Source: Lama glama (taxonomy: Eukaryota). Taken from it: a DNA stretch of 64,000 nt. The position numbers and the translations under genes were made by a program. The stretch is taken from assembly GCA_028534125.1 (NCBI GenBank), contig CM052816.1, positions 60,142,001 to 60,206,000 of the forward strand, given 5' to 3'. How positions within the stretch are numbered: position 1 is the first letter of the stretch; each line of letters starts with the position of its first letter. The notes below the pieces were generated by a model. The model searched no databases, was not told the DNA's origin, and saw only the letters and a program-made list of their open reading frames with translations. Of this stretch, positions 26,645 to 38,140 are shown piece by piece.

Positions 26645-26683
26645 GTGTGTGTGTGTGTGTGCGCGCGCGCGCACGCATGCACG
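26645..26683. repeat. (GT)8(GC)6 compound microsatellite
   Basis: 39 bp of strict purine-pyrimidine alternation. Confidence 0.95.
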
Positions 26684-27379
26684 ACCATATGTAAGGGGGG
26701 ATAGGGTGCTGCATGTGGATGAGGTCTGCACCCCTTGCAGCATCTCTATTTCTTCTACTCTGGTCCTTCAACTTAAGCTTCTGCAGGGCAGGAAAGCATT
26801 CACCTCCCTAGAGCCACTTTGTCTGTGTAACCCCCACTGGGAGGTAGCCAGGGTGAATGCTGCCACAAAATCTAACAGAGGCTCGAGCAGATTTTGTGAG
26901 TTGAAGGTCACAAAAGAAGGAAACTGGGACTCTGCTCTCCTGACTGCCAGTCCAGAGTCCCCCAAATGTCCCCTGGCCACCTCCACAACCAAGACTCAGT
27001 TAGACACAACTGAGAGCGAGCCTTGCCCTTTCAGGTCATTCTGCTACCTACCTAGTTTGCCCCAAAGAAACTGACTTTCCCTCTCTTTTGCCATTTCTCA
27101 TTTTCAGATGAAATGAGTCTGACCACATTTTTAAGAAGTGCTGAGCTTTTCTAGCTGGAGACTCTTAAGTTTCCCCTTCCGCTATTTTCAAAGTGATAAA
27201 AATAGGACCTCATACTTTCTAAAACCCTCCTCCACTGCTCCCCTCCCCGCCTTCTATCTGGTCACAACAGAGACACTGCTTTTACTACTTGACCCGGCCA
27301 TTGTTCCTTTAGCTTTCCCAGCTTGCTTTCTATGCTCTTTCTATCCCATCCTTCCCTCTTGCTTTTTAGACCTTCCTGT

Positions 27380-29320
27380 CTGGAATCATTTTTCTTTTTC
27401 CTAAAGCACCTCCTTAGACATTTCTTTGGTGAGTGTCTGTTAGTAATCAACTCCCTCAGCTTTTTTTCCCCCCCGAAAACATCTTTATTTCACTCTGATT
27501 CTTGAAAGATAGCACTTTCCGGCATATGGCTCCAGGCTGACAGTTATTTTTAATCCGGTCCTTCCAAACTACCCTTTCAGTCTTCCATCTTTGCTGTTGG
27601 GTGGTCATCTATCTGTCTAATCATTGTTCACATATTGGTGATCTGTCTTTTCTTCTCCTGAAGTTTTCAATAGCTTCTCTTTGTCTGTGGAATTCTGTAA
27701 TATCAGTGATGCACTGTGTAGATTGTCAGGCTCCCTGATTCTGAGATTGGTGTCTTTCATCAATTCTGAAATATTCTAGCCATTATCCATCTGAACTTCA
27801 ATTTGCTTCCATTTGTATCTCCTTTGGATCTATGGTTAAACTTATATTGCATCTTCTAATCTGTCCTTTATATGTTTTATCTCTTTCTTGTTTACCATCT
27901 CTTAGTTTTTTTGGACTACATTCTAATCAATTTTTTCCTATTTACTTCTAGTCTGTTAATATCCTCCTCAGCCATCTCTAATCTGTATAAACCATTTCAA
28001 TTATTAACTTTTTTCATTTCAAAAAGTTTCAATGATTTTTTAAAATTTTACACAAATATTAGATCCATTTTAATATTTTTTCCTTTATTATACTTTTGGT
28101 TCTTATTGTTTCCCTTAAACATATTAAACATGTTTGACATAAGTATATTTATTATGTATTCTGATAATATATATCAGTTAGGTCATATATTTTTTATATA
28201 GCATATATACATTATCAGACAAATCTGATAATTCTGGCATCTGTTGCCTTTTTTAATCTGATTCTGGTGGAACTTTTTTTTCCTTTTCCTCATTTTGGCT
28301 AATGTGTTTCCCTTATATGTTTGGTGAATTTTTATTTTGAGCTCATTTATCATGTGGAACTTTGTGCAAATTTTTGTTTAAACAATTTTCCCTGAAACTA
28401 GATAATACCAATGAGTTATTAACATTATTGTGTGTGACAATGGCATCATGACTATAGAAAACAAGCCTGTATATTTTTTGGAAATGCACACTGACATACG
28501 TATGGATGTCTAGGATTTGACTTAAAATAACCCAGGAGAGGTAAGTGGGATTAGATGAATCAAAGCAGCATGTGTGGCAAAATTGTGAGAACTGTTGCAC
28601 CTGGGTGACAGGGACATGACCGTTCATTATACTATTCTCTTTACTTGTATGTAAATTTGGAAGTTTTCCTTGTAAAAAAGAAAAATTGCTTAAGAAAGTA
28701 TATCGCTCCAGAAAAGGTTTCTATTTACTTCTACCAGTTACCTGAAGTCGCTACCTTTCTGGCACCACTTTAAGCTAAATTTTTCACCAGGGTTTCTTTT
28801 GGGTGGTCCGCAGAGGTAGCATAAATTCAGGCTACAAGCCTCATAGGTGGAAGTTTATGCTTAGGGAATCTCATGGGAGATTTTTCTTGTTTTGTTGTTC
28901 TTCTACCCAGAGCCAAGGCCAAGACAAACACATATCTTCGAAGTCTCTCTGTAAGTTTTCTGTTTTTTTTAAGGTCACCCATCGAAAGGATCCCCTGAGG
29001 GTCTCTGTTGTTTGCAGGTTTTCGATAAGACCTCTGATCCTATTCCCAACCATTGTCTCCTGCACTGGTCCATGTGGCTTATTAAAATCCAATCTCTAGG
29101 CCACGAAGGATTGGCAGATATTGGCAGATATGACAAAACTAGCTCCAGAGATTGCTTGGTTCTATGGATTCAAGCTTCCTTTTGACAATGCACTTCTAAG
29201 CAATTCCCTTATTAACCTCCAGGGGAGCTCTGTGTGTCTATGTGTGTATGTGGCTGTATGTGTGTAATCCAGTATTTTTATCTGCAACACCAGGCTGGGT
29301 TTCTCTGAACCTCTAGGGTT
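27380..29320 (-). mobile_element. Ancient L1 fragments in CD180 intron 2, with a + strand L1 3' end at about 28395-28690
   Basis: T-rich degenerate L1 text (ttcttgaaagatag..., gtgtctttcatcaattctg...tattctagccattat); insert ends gttcattatactattctctttacttgtatgtaaatttggaagtttt plus an A tail. Confidence 0.6.
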
Positions 29321-29811
29321 CCATATTTCACTGGAGCATTTTCTTATGTATCATTTGAATCACAACCATTTACAAAGTAATCATGGTTGCTATACTTTAT
29401 AGGTGAAAAAACAGAGCTTGAGAAAAGTTGTGACTTGTCTAGGATGGCAAAGATTCATATTTACACATCGTATGTTATATACTGTGCATTATATATGACA
29501 TAGTTTATATTACTTATAACAGTAAATTATAGTTTGATTTTTCCTACAAACCACTAATTATCATACACAAACTGGTGAGAGTTCAACCTATAATATCTGG
29601 AAAAAATTCTAAATCAAAGGGTTCACACCTGAGGCTAGCCATTAATTCAGAACCCCATCTACAGGTACTAACGAAAGCTTTTTATCTTTCACTTGGAATA
29701 ATAATGTATACTGGTTTTACTGTACACAAAAGATGGCTTTTTAATATAGGTCACTGTGATAGTTTTTCTTTTTCCTAATTAGTTGTTATCAAATACTATT
29801 ATCTTTTTAAG

Positions 29812-31534
29812 GTGTCAGATTAACTGGGTACATGAAGATACTTTTCAAAACCACCATCAACTGAACACCATCGTGTTAACTGGAAATCCCCTGATATTCA
29901 TGGCAGAAACATCACTGAATGGGCCTACGTCACTAAAGCATCTTTTCTTAACCCAAACAGGAATATCCAATCTTGAGTTTATCCCAGTGCACAATCTGGG
30001 AAACTTGGAGAGTTTGCATCTTGGAAGCAATCATATTTCCTCCATTAATCTCCCAGAAAACTTTCCAACACAGAATCTGAAAGTCATGGATTTTCAGAAT
30101 AATGCTATACACTACATCTCTAGTAAAGACATAAATGCTTTGGAACAGGTCGCTAACCTTAATTTCAATGGCAATGACGTTAAAGGCATTGAGCCTGGGG
30201 CTTTCAATTCAAAAATCTTTCAAAGTTTGAAATTTGGAGGGACTCTAGACTTATCTATCATATTAAAAGGTCTACAGAACTCTACTATTCAGTCTCTTTG
30301 GCTGGGAACATTTGAGGACACTGATGACCAAGACCTCACTTCAGCCATGCTTGAGGGACTCTGTGAAATGTCTGTTGAGAGCATCAATCTACAGAAGCAT
30401 CATTTCTCTGGCTTTTCACCTTCCACATTTCAGTGCTTCACTGGACTCCGGGAGTTGGACCTGACGGCAACTCACTTGCGAGAGTTACCCTCTGGGCTAG
30501 AGGGTATGAGCTCTCTCAAGAAATTAGTTCTCAGTGCAAACAGTTTTGAGCAATTGTGTCAGATCAGTGCTGCCAGTTTCCCATCCCTTACAGACCTCTA
30601 TATCAAAGGCAACACGAGGAAACTGGACCTCGGTACTAGGTGTTTGGAAAAACTAGAAAATCTTCGGAAACTTGATTTAAGCCACAGTGATATTGAGGCT
30701 CCTGACTGTTGCAACCTGCAACTCCAAAACCTGTCCCAACTGCAACACTTAAATCTGAGCTACAATGAGCCCTTTGGTCTCCAGGATCAGGCGTTCAAAG
30801 AATGTCCTCGGCTGGAACTCCTGGATTTGGCATTTACCCAGCTGCGTGTTAGTGCTCCACAAAGTCCTTTCCAAAACCTCCATCTCCTGCAGGTTCTGAA
30901 TCTCTCTAACTGCCTCCTTGATACCAGCAATGAGAACCTTCTAGCAGGCCTGCTGGATCTCCGGCATCTGAATTTACATGGGAACAACTTTCAAGATGGG
31001 AGCCTCTCAAAGACCAACCTACTTCAGCCAGTGGGCAGCTTGGAGACTCTAATTTTATCCTCCTGTGATCTCCTCTCCATAGACCAGCAAGCATTCCACA
31101 ATCTTGGGAAAATGAGCCACTTAGACTTAAGTCACAACCGCCTGACAGGTGATAGCATCGACGCTCTTAGCCATCACAAAGGGATCTACCTTAATCTGGC
31201 CGCCAATAACATTCACATCATCCCACCCCGTCTCCTCCTCATCTTGTCTCAGCAGAGCACCATTAATTTAGGTCACAATCCTCTGGACTGCACATGCTCA
31301 AATATTCATTTCATAATGTGGTACCAAGAAAACTTGCAAAAACTTGAGGGCTCAGGGGAGACCGTGTGTGCAAACCCTCCATTTTTAAGGGGAGTTAAGC
31401 TGTCTGATGTCAAACTGTCCTGTGGGATTACAAGAGTGGGCATTTTCTTTCTTATGGTATTTGTATTCTTGCTTATAATTCTGCTCATTTTTTCAGGTAA
31501 GTCTATTCTTAGGTGGAAATACCAGCACATTTAG
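29812..31534 (+). CDS. CD180: CD180 coding exon 3 (LRR solenoid, LRR-CT, transmembrane helix, short tail; no TIR domain)
   Basis: Acceptor atctttttaag|G completes the Arg codon; ORF 29783..31534 has LxxLxLxxN repeats, NPLDCTC..CANPP LRR-CT, TM segment GIFFLMVFVFLLIILLIF and the ending RWKYQHI*. Exons sum to 90+167+1723=1980 nt = 659 aa plus stop. Confidence 0.98.
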
Positions 31535-31558
31535 TGCTGAAAGTTTCTAGAGATGGCA

Positions 31559-31564
31559 AATAAA
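31559..31564 (+). terminator. Candidate CD180 polyadenylation signal AATAAA
   Basis: AATAAA 24 nt after the stop codon, with GU-rich tgttgtctgtt about 30 nt downstream. Confidence 0.4.
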
Positions 31565-32470
31565 TGTTTAGCAAAATTGCCCTCAATAGAGGAACTGTTG
31601 TCTGTTAGTGATTAGACTTTTCAGACAGCTTCCTGGAGCCAGGCAAGGTTTCACTGTGCTTTTCTGAGTCCCAGCGCTAATGAATCTCCAGGGAAGGTAA
31701 ACTAAGTAGGGTCAGAGGGCCAGATGCAGCCATGAGAGACACACAGCCATTTCCTCACATGGAAGGTGAGCAGAAGCTGAGGAGGACCCCTGCCAGGGAA
31801 AGGTCAGGAGAGTAACCCATCAGGAGGCCATCCCTTCCACTCACGGGCATCTTTTGAAGGGGAGTCACTGCCCACCCTGACCCTAAAAGGACACCATCAA
31901 CTCCCACCACTTGGCAGGGTCGAGGACCCCAGCTCCCTGTCCCACAGCTGGGGAACTGTGCTCAGGTCTTTGCTCTCAGTAGTCACTTGGGAAATAAGTT
32001 GGGGACAAAGTATCAAAGCTTATTTTAAAGGAAAAAGGGAAAACACAATGAATTTTAAGAGACTGAGAAATGAACCTTGCCATCAAATTCATTTCATTAA
32101 CCTCTTTAATCCTTAAGTCTCTAAGGTTTCTACAATGCTGCTGCTGCTAAGGTATAAATAGCTCCGAAAGACAAAAACAACAAGAAAAAACCACCCACTC
32201 CTGCCAGGCTGTCCCTCTCCTAAGGTTTAGGAGTTTTGTTACACTGGCCGCCCTCACTTCAGAACCAGGGAGGTTCTTTCTACCTACCTGATGTTCTTAT
32301 TCTGTTTCAGATCCTAACTTACAGGTGGCTGTGGGCCAGATGCTCTTCTCACTTGAATGTCTGGTCCGTACAAGCTTCTTTCCCACAGGAACCATGAGAT
32401 AAATGGTGGTTTGGTTCCCAGGCCAGCTCTCAAAAGCCTTTCACCTGGGATAGCAATTGAGACAGCACGT

Positions 32471-33241
32471 TACTGCGGAAAAACGTGTTACAGCTTGGTG
32501 TTACAGCTCAAACTGAATCGCCTCCACAAAGAAGGACCCGGAATACTGTCGGATGGCGAGCCTCCTCGTTCACTTTCAGAGCTCCTGACCTCCAGGCAGT
32601 TGCTCTGCCGTCCCTGCAGCTGAAGTGGCCGGTGTGGTTGGAATCTCAGAATGTGGCGGAAAAATGTGTTACAGCTCAGTGACAGCCCAAGCAGTACTCA
32701 CGAAGTTGGAGAAATCAGGTTTATTATGGCAGCAAGCCTAGACGAGTTACCACCTAAAGCTCTGGACAGCGGCTGCAGGTTTTCACAGGCCTTTTATAGG
32801 CTGCCGGTTTTACACTTTGCAACATCATACGCAAATAAAGTATAACAGAAGTTGACCAACCAGGAAGAAGCTTTGTAGAAATAGACCAATCAGGAGTGAG
32901 AGAAATAACCAATCAGGAGTGAGGGGAATGGACCAATCAGGAATGAAAGAAATAACCAATCAGGAGTGAGCTCCATGCGAATAAAAATACTACAAATGGA
33001 CCAATCAGAAGTTAGGGAAGTGGACCAATCAGAAGTGAGAGTAATAACCAATCAGGAGTGAAGGAAATAACCAATCAGAAATGAGCTCAGGGAACCAATA
33101 GAATTTTAGGTGTAAGTTAGCCGCTTTAGAGGCAAAGAGTGAGATAGAGCCTCTGGGCCAGGGAACTGGACGGTGCTGGGAGGAGAGCCTCGGCCCTTGC
33201 CTACAGGTCCTGCTGATCTTTTTATGGGGCTTCCCGCCTCA
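32471..33241 (-). mobile_element. Solo ERV1-type LTR, 771 bp, with CCAAT tandem array
   Basis: 4-bp TSD acgt (32467-32470, 33242-33245); minus strand starts tgaggcgggaag; TATAAAA at 32792-32798 and AATAAA at 32720-32725 on the minus strand. Confidence 0.85.
32880..33100. repeat. 23-24-bp tandem array containing ACCAATCAG
   Basis: CCAAT at 32886, 32909, 32933, 32956, 33001, 33025, 33048, 33071 and 33095. Confidence 0.95.
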
Positions 33242-33841
33242 ACGTCACAATGAAAACTAGCGGAAGAAAGAGAGCACCCCTGTGCACTCCCTACAGGGCG
33301 CACAATCAGCTGGTTTAGTGAGAAGCTGGGAGTATCAGCAAAGATTGTGCCAGCGACGGAGAGGGGACAGAACCATTAAACGCAGAGAGAGAAAGAGAAC
33401 AGAGACGCTGGCAGTGTTATGCCTTAGGCCTTCTTCCCAAAGCACAAAGGCTTGATATTCTGAAGTCTGCATTGGTGGGCAAGAGAGCTGAGCTCCTGTA
33501 CTCAGGTGTTGCATTTTAAGTCCTGGATTAAGTTCTACAACCAGTTTTAGGCCAGAGATAGTAGCTTATAGCTATTAAATTCTGATTGGATATCAAAATA
33601 AAACTTGATCAACATCTAATCAGAACTGATTAGCCCTTAGGTCAAGGGCATAATAATAGCTGGACAGAATGTAAACTTGGGGACCAACTCAGCTTTACCT
33701 CTGTACCCCTAGGAAACTAAAGACAAGGGAATAGTGATGGAAAGCCATAAACCTTTCTGAAAATGCTTTGCAAGCCTTGGGATGTTTGGTGTAATACTAC
33801 ATAGGAGTCCAGGTTTTCTCAGAAGTGCCTGGGTATGAACT

Positions 33842-34226
33842 CAAGGCCAGGCTAGAGTGAGGTGAGTGAGGCACCCATTCTGGGTGTGAAATTTAAGGGG
33901 GAACCAAAAACTCAGTCATGAAGGCAAACCATTATTTTTAAAACTTTATATTAATGCAAAAAAAAAATCCATGATGCATATCAACATTTTTAAACAGGCT
34001 GCATAACAGTGCCAGGCTGAACCATATCAGAGCCTGAGGCAAAAAGATGACTAGTCATGCCTCTAATATTTTGGTATTTTGTTCATGGTGGATATTCTAC
34101 CTCGGTTTTGATTTTTTATAATGTTGCATTAAAATATTTTTTATCTTTGCTACTGAGTTTTTGGGTGCCCCCTTAAATTTGGTGCCCAAGGTGGGTGCCT
34201 CACTCACCTACCCTGTCCCCACCCTA
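33842..34226. mobile_element. Non-autonomous hAT element with long inverted arms (MER96B-like)
   Basis: About 75-bp terminal inverted repeats, e.g. aggtgagtgaggcaccca / tgggtgcctcactcacct. Confidence 0.8.
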
Positions 34227-37200
34227 AGGACTGGTGAGAAGTGGGGGTTCCCGGCTACATCCCAGGCCCCAGTTTACCAAGTGCCTATTAGCAGGCACAT
34301 TATCTCAGTTTCACTCCAAAGTGTCCATCTCCTGTCTCTTTAATTTCTGGAAGCAGGGACAAGTGTTCCAGATCTTACACCTTGTTCCCCCATTTTCAGC
34401 TAACTCCTAACTCCTGGGCTCAAAGACTTCCTTCCTTCAAAGCCCAGAGAGGTGGCAGAGATGAATGGGTATCAAAACCCTCTGAGCCCTAGGTGGCCTG
34501 GGCCTGGTGAGAGGGGCCAAGTAGAGCCCTGCTCTGCTGATGACATGAAACATCACACAGTGAACGCTTTACTTATCTTGAATACCAGCCTTTGGGAAAA
34601 CAGGTGCCTGGGAAGGCAGTTTTCCTCGGCTTCCCTGAGGGAGCATTGGCAAGGCAGTCATTTAAGGATGTGTGTTAAATGAGAAAGAGAGTACCTGGAA
34701 ATAAGAGGACAACGGGACACACTTCTTCAGCCACCTTTATTCCTTCCTGGGGCCTAGGATGGTGCACATCGTTCTGAGAAGGCCAGTTTGAGCCACTGCT
34801 GGGTTGTTATTGGCCTTGAGTCTGGCAGTAACCGAGGCCTTTCTTTTCTTGTTGAGTCTTGGGGCCAGGAGGGACCTAACACGGAAGTGGGCCTGGCTGC
34901 CTTGTCCAGGCTCTCCATACTGAGCAGCTGCTCCTCCAGGAAGCTTCCTAACTGCTGCTCCAGGAAAGGCCCCTGGAAAGGCCTCTAAGGACCTGAAGGC
35001 AGGCAGCCAACCCTCCCAAATTAGACAGCACCTCCCTCTGCCTCACCACACACCTGGCCCACTCTTGTGCAGGAAGCTTCACCTTTGGGAACTCAGGCAG
35101 GAATGGAGCAGGACACACAGTTATTCTGATTTTGTTCATTTGCTTGCAGCAACTTAGAGGGTCAGCTCTGGGCACTTTGGGAAATATTCCTGGTGGTGAC
35201 AATGATGATGTGAAAACCATGCTCTTCTTCCCCCCCTGCATTTCTCTTTGCTTCTCTTCCCTTTTTCTCTCTTTGCTGTTTCTTCCCTTCCTTCTTTCCT
35301 TTTCTCACTGTGTGCTTCCTTCTTTCCTCCCTTCTTATCAGAGCGTACGGAAGTCCACGCTCTAAGAATCCAATATGACAGCACCAACTCACTGAGTTCC
35401 CCGTGGTTCCTAGCAAACTTAAGCTCCTTCCTGCCTTAAGGATTTAACCAACAGGTAGAAAATACTAATTGCTAACTTATCAATCCACAATGACACTGTC
35501 CACCATAATACTTAATGTGTAACTCAGTAAAACGAAAACATTCTGTAGAGTGTCTCTGATGACTGTATCTCATTAGACTAGAGGGGCCCAAGCCCTGGCA
35601 GTATGTCATGGCCCATGCTGCTGTCAGGCACCAGGCCCCTCCCACGCAATGCAACGGGCTGCTCCGTAACTGAGCACTGATCTAGGGCTTTGTGACAGCG
35701 CCTCTGTTTTAAGCAACAGTAAATTCACCCTACACAGTCAGAAAGGGAGCTTTTTGATGGCTGCTGTCAATTTTATTGCTTTATCCTGGTTACGAGGAGA
35801 GAATCTGCAGGCATGGTGTGTTTATTGGTTTTATGTATCACATGTGGTGGCAGCTCTGACAAGCTACTCCTATAAAAATGTGTTATTATTGCATGTTGTA
35901 GCTCAGTGAGCTGACCCTGCATTTCAAAGTGTACTGAAGCAAACAGCATTGAAGTCCATAAGAGCCCACTGGCCTCCATCACAGAGGACTCCTTGCATGA
36001 GCTGCAACTCCCACAATCTGGGAGCAAATTGTATCTTTCCCCTGTGCCAGAAGCCATCCCTGCTAACTGAACACAGCACAGACCCAAATACAGGCATTAT
36101 CTATGTATCTATGTAAGATCTCAGGACACAAAATGGTCATTTTATTTCCTACTTGCCTAACTTCCCAGTAAGTGTCGCTTGCAGTTTTGAAGTTTACAAA
36201 AGTATGAAATCGATGTCTTTGTAATGTTTTTATATATGAGTATAGGATGCAAGAGGGGTGTCTGACACTGTTTTCTATCTGCTCTGAATGCCAAAGGGAA
36301 AATTAACTTAAATTACAGCAAGAGGAGTCGTGCTTAGTTCTAAGCAAGTCATGACTAGGGGGAATCCGAGTATTGAGCTAGAATCGGTTGCCACATACAT
36401 TAGGAGCTTGAATGCCCAATATGGTGGGAGTTAGTCTGAAGGCTGCAAAGCAATCGGCCTGCCCAGTGTAGCTCCCAGAGCTCCTGGATACTGGTTTATC
36501 ACCAGAATTATCTGGGGAATTCTTTATAAAACAGATTCCTGTGCCTCACCCCTAGATACTGGGATTCTGTTAGACCAGGGTTGGCGTTGGACTCTCAGCC
36601 AAATGATTTCATGAAAAATCCTTTTCCTATTGCTAACTTTATCAACCAACAGCAGAAACATGTGTTAGACTCCATGAGCCAAACAAGCTGAAGAATTCCT
36701 CCATAGTCTGTAAGAGGAAATTTCCTGACAAAATGGGAAAAAAGTTTTAAGGAGCCTTCACATCCAAGGGTGAGACATCTAGCCAAGCCACTGGTTGGTC
36801 TCTTCTGCCACAACTGCCAGGTCACAGGACCTGCTCCTCAACCACTCTGCCCTCCCACCTGCCCCTACCTGTCCCCACCAACTCCCACTCCAGCCCAGCT
36901 GTTGACAACATGAAATCACTTATTGAATATTTTGTGTCTTGAAAAAGGAGAGAACTAATCTACTGTTTTTAAATTTTGTTTGGAAAATCCATTATTGCTC
37001 ATGAAAGATCAAACAGTACACTTCACTGAACATCCACCACTCGCCACCCCCCACTGTCTTTAGATCATATCTGCTAAACATCTGTCTGTTGAAGACAGGG
37101 TACCAGATCCTGCAGAGGAAGCAGAGGACAGGGGGCCACCTGAGCATCCATCTCCATTCCTGATGGTCCACGGGCTTCCTATCCAGCTTGAGTGGGTCTC

Positions 37201-37740
37201 CCTTTTTCTCTTTCTCCTGTCCTTGGAAACAACCTAAATATCCAACAACAGACAAATGATTAAATACAGTTGGGGATGGCATACTATGTTCTTGGGTGGG
37301 ATAATAACATTCTAAACTTGCTGATTCTACCAGGAATTGAAGAAATACAAGATAAAAATGAGATAAAGTTTTATATATATTAGTCTGGCAAAAAGAGGAA
37401 GCTGGATAATAGTGCAGGTGGGATGTGGGGTATAGGAGCCGCGTGCCCTGCTGATGGGTGTAGACTGATAGGTACAGCCATTCTAGGACCACGTGGCAAA
37501 TACCAGTTAAATACATAACCCATCAATTCTGCTCTAGGCATTCCAAGAAAATTTCACATTTTCACTATATTTGGGGCAGCGTTATTTATGGAGGGGGAAG
37601 TTCAAAGTAGTCTGAGTTTTCCTCACTAGGAAAATGGGCAAGTAAAATGTGGAAGACGCCCCCCACAGAGTGTCATATAGTAGCCAGAAACAATGGATTA
37701 GATACAGCTACAGCGACATAGTTGACTCTTCAACATACAG

Positions 37741-38140
37741 TGTTGAAGGAGGTGCAGAAGAGGACATGATTGCCGGCTGACCCAAAAGCTGGACCTGGGC
37801 AATTGGTGTTTCCTCTTCTCCTCCCCGTCCTTGTATGTGTGGTGTTTCCACGGCGGGAGTCATTTTCAAGGATGCAGACTTGAGAGAGCAGGGTGTTGCT
37901 GAGACCATCTGCACGATGTACATGACTGAACGCTCACCCTTTCCCCATTAAAGCCTCCATATAAACTTTTAAGATCCTGGCAGGTGGGTGTAGGGAACTG
38001 CTTGTCTTGTGGCCGCCCAAGACAAGCCTCGTATCTAAGTTCCCTTGCTTATTAAACCTGCCACCTGTCACTCTGGAGTGGCTGCCTCTTCCTTCAGTCT
38101 CCATTTGTCCTCTGTGTGAGGGCCAGTTTGCAAACCAACA
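37741..38140 (+). mobile_element. Solo ERV LTR, 400 bp, inserted in an old L1 fragment (about 37220-38300)
   Basis: tgttg...caaca inverted termini, TSD tacag/cacag, TATAAA 37960-37965, ATTAAA 38051-38056. Confidence 0.85.

Noticed and set aside
29109..29131. Short 11-bp tandem repeat attggcagat (similar ones near 49775 and 57464)
   Set aside because: Common microduplications with no functional context.
29783..29811. ORF-track start MLSNTIIFL for CD180 and an upstream AG at 29781-29782
   Set aside because: Intronic TTG start; the upstream AG lies only a few nt after the likely branch point (cctaat) and would shift the frame by 29 nt.
32880..33100. Regularly spaced repeats resembling a CRISPR array
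   Set aside because: Units are adjacent with no unique spacers, lie inside an LTR in mammalian DNA, and there are no cas genes.
33616..33633. Short palindrome ctaatcag-aa-ctgattag
   Set aside because: An 8-bp stem is expected by chance in 64 kb.
36992..37516. 174-aa minus-strand ORF
   Set aside because: Partly overlaps an old L1 fragment; no protein family features or splice support.
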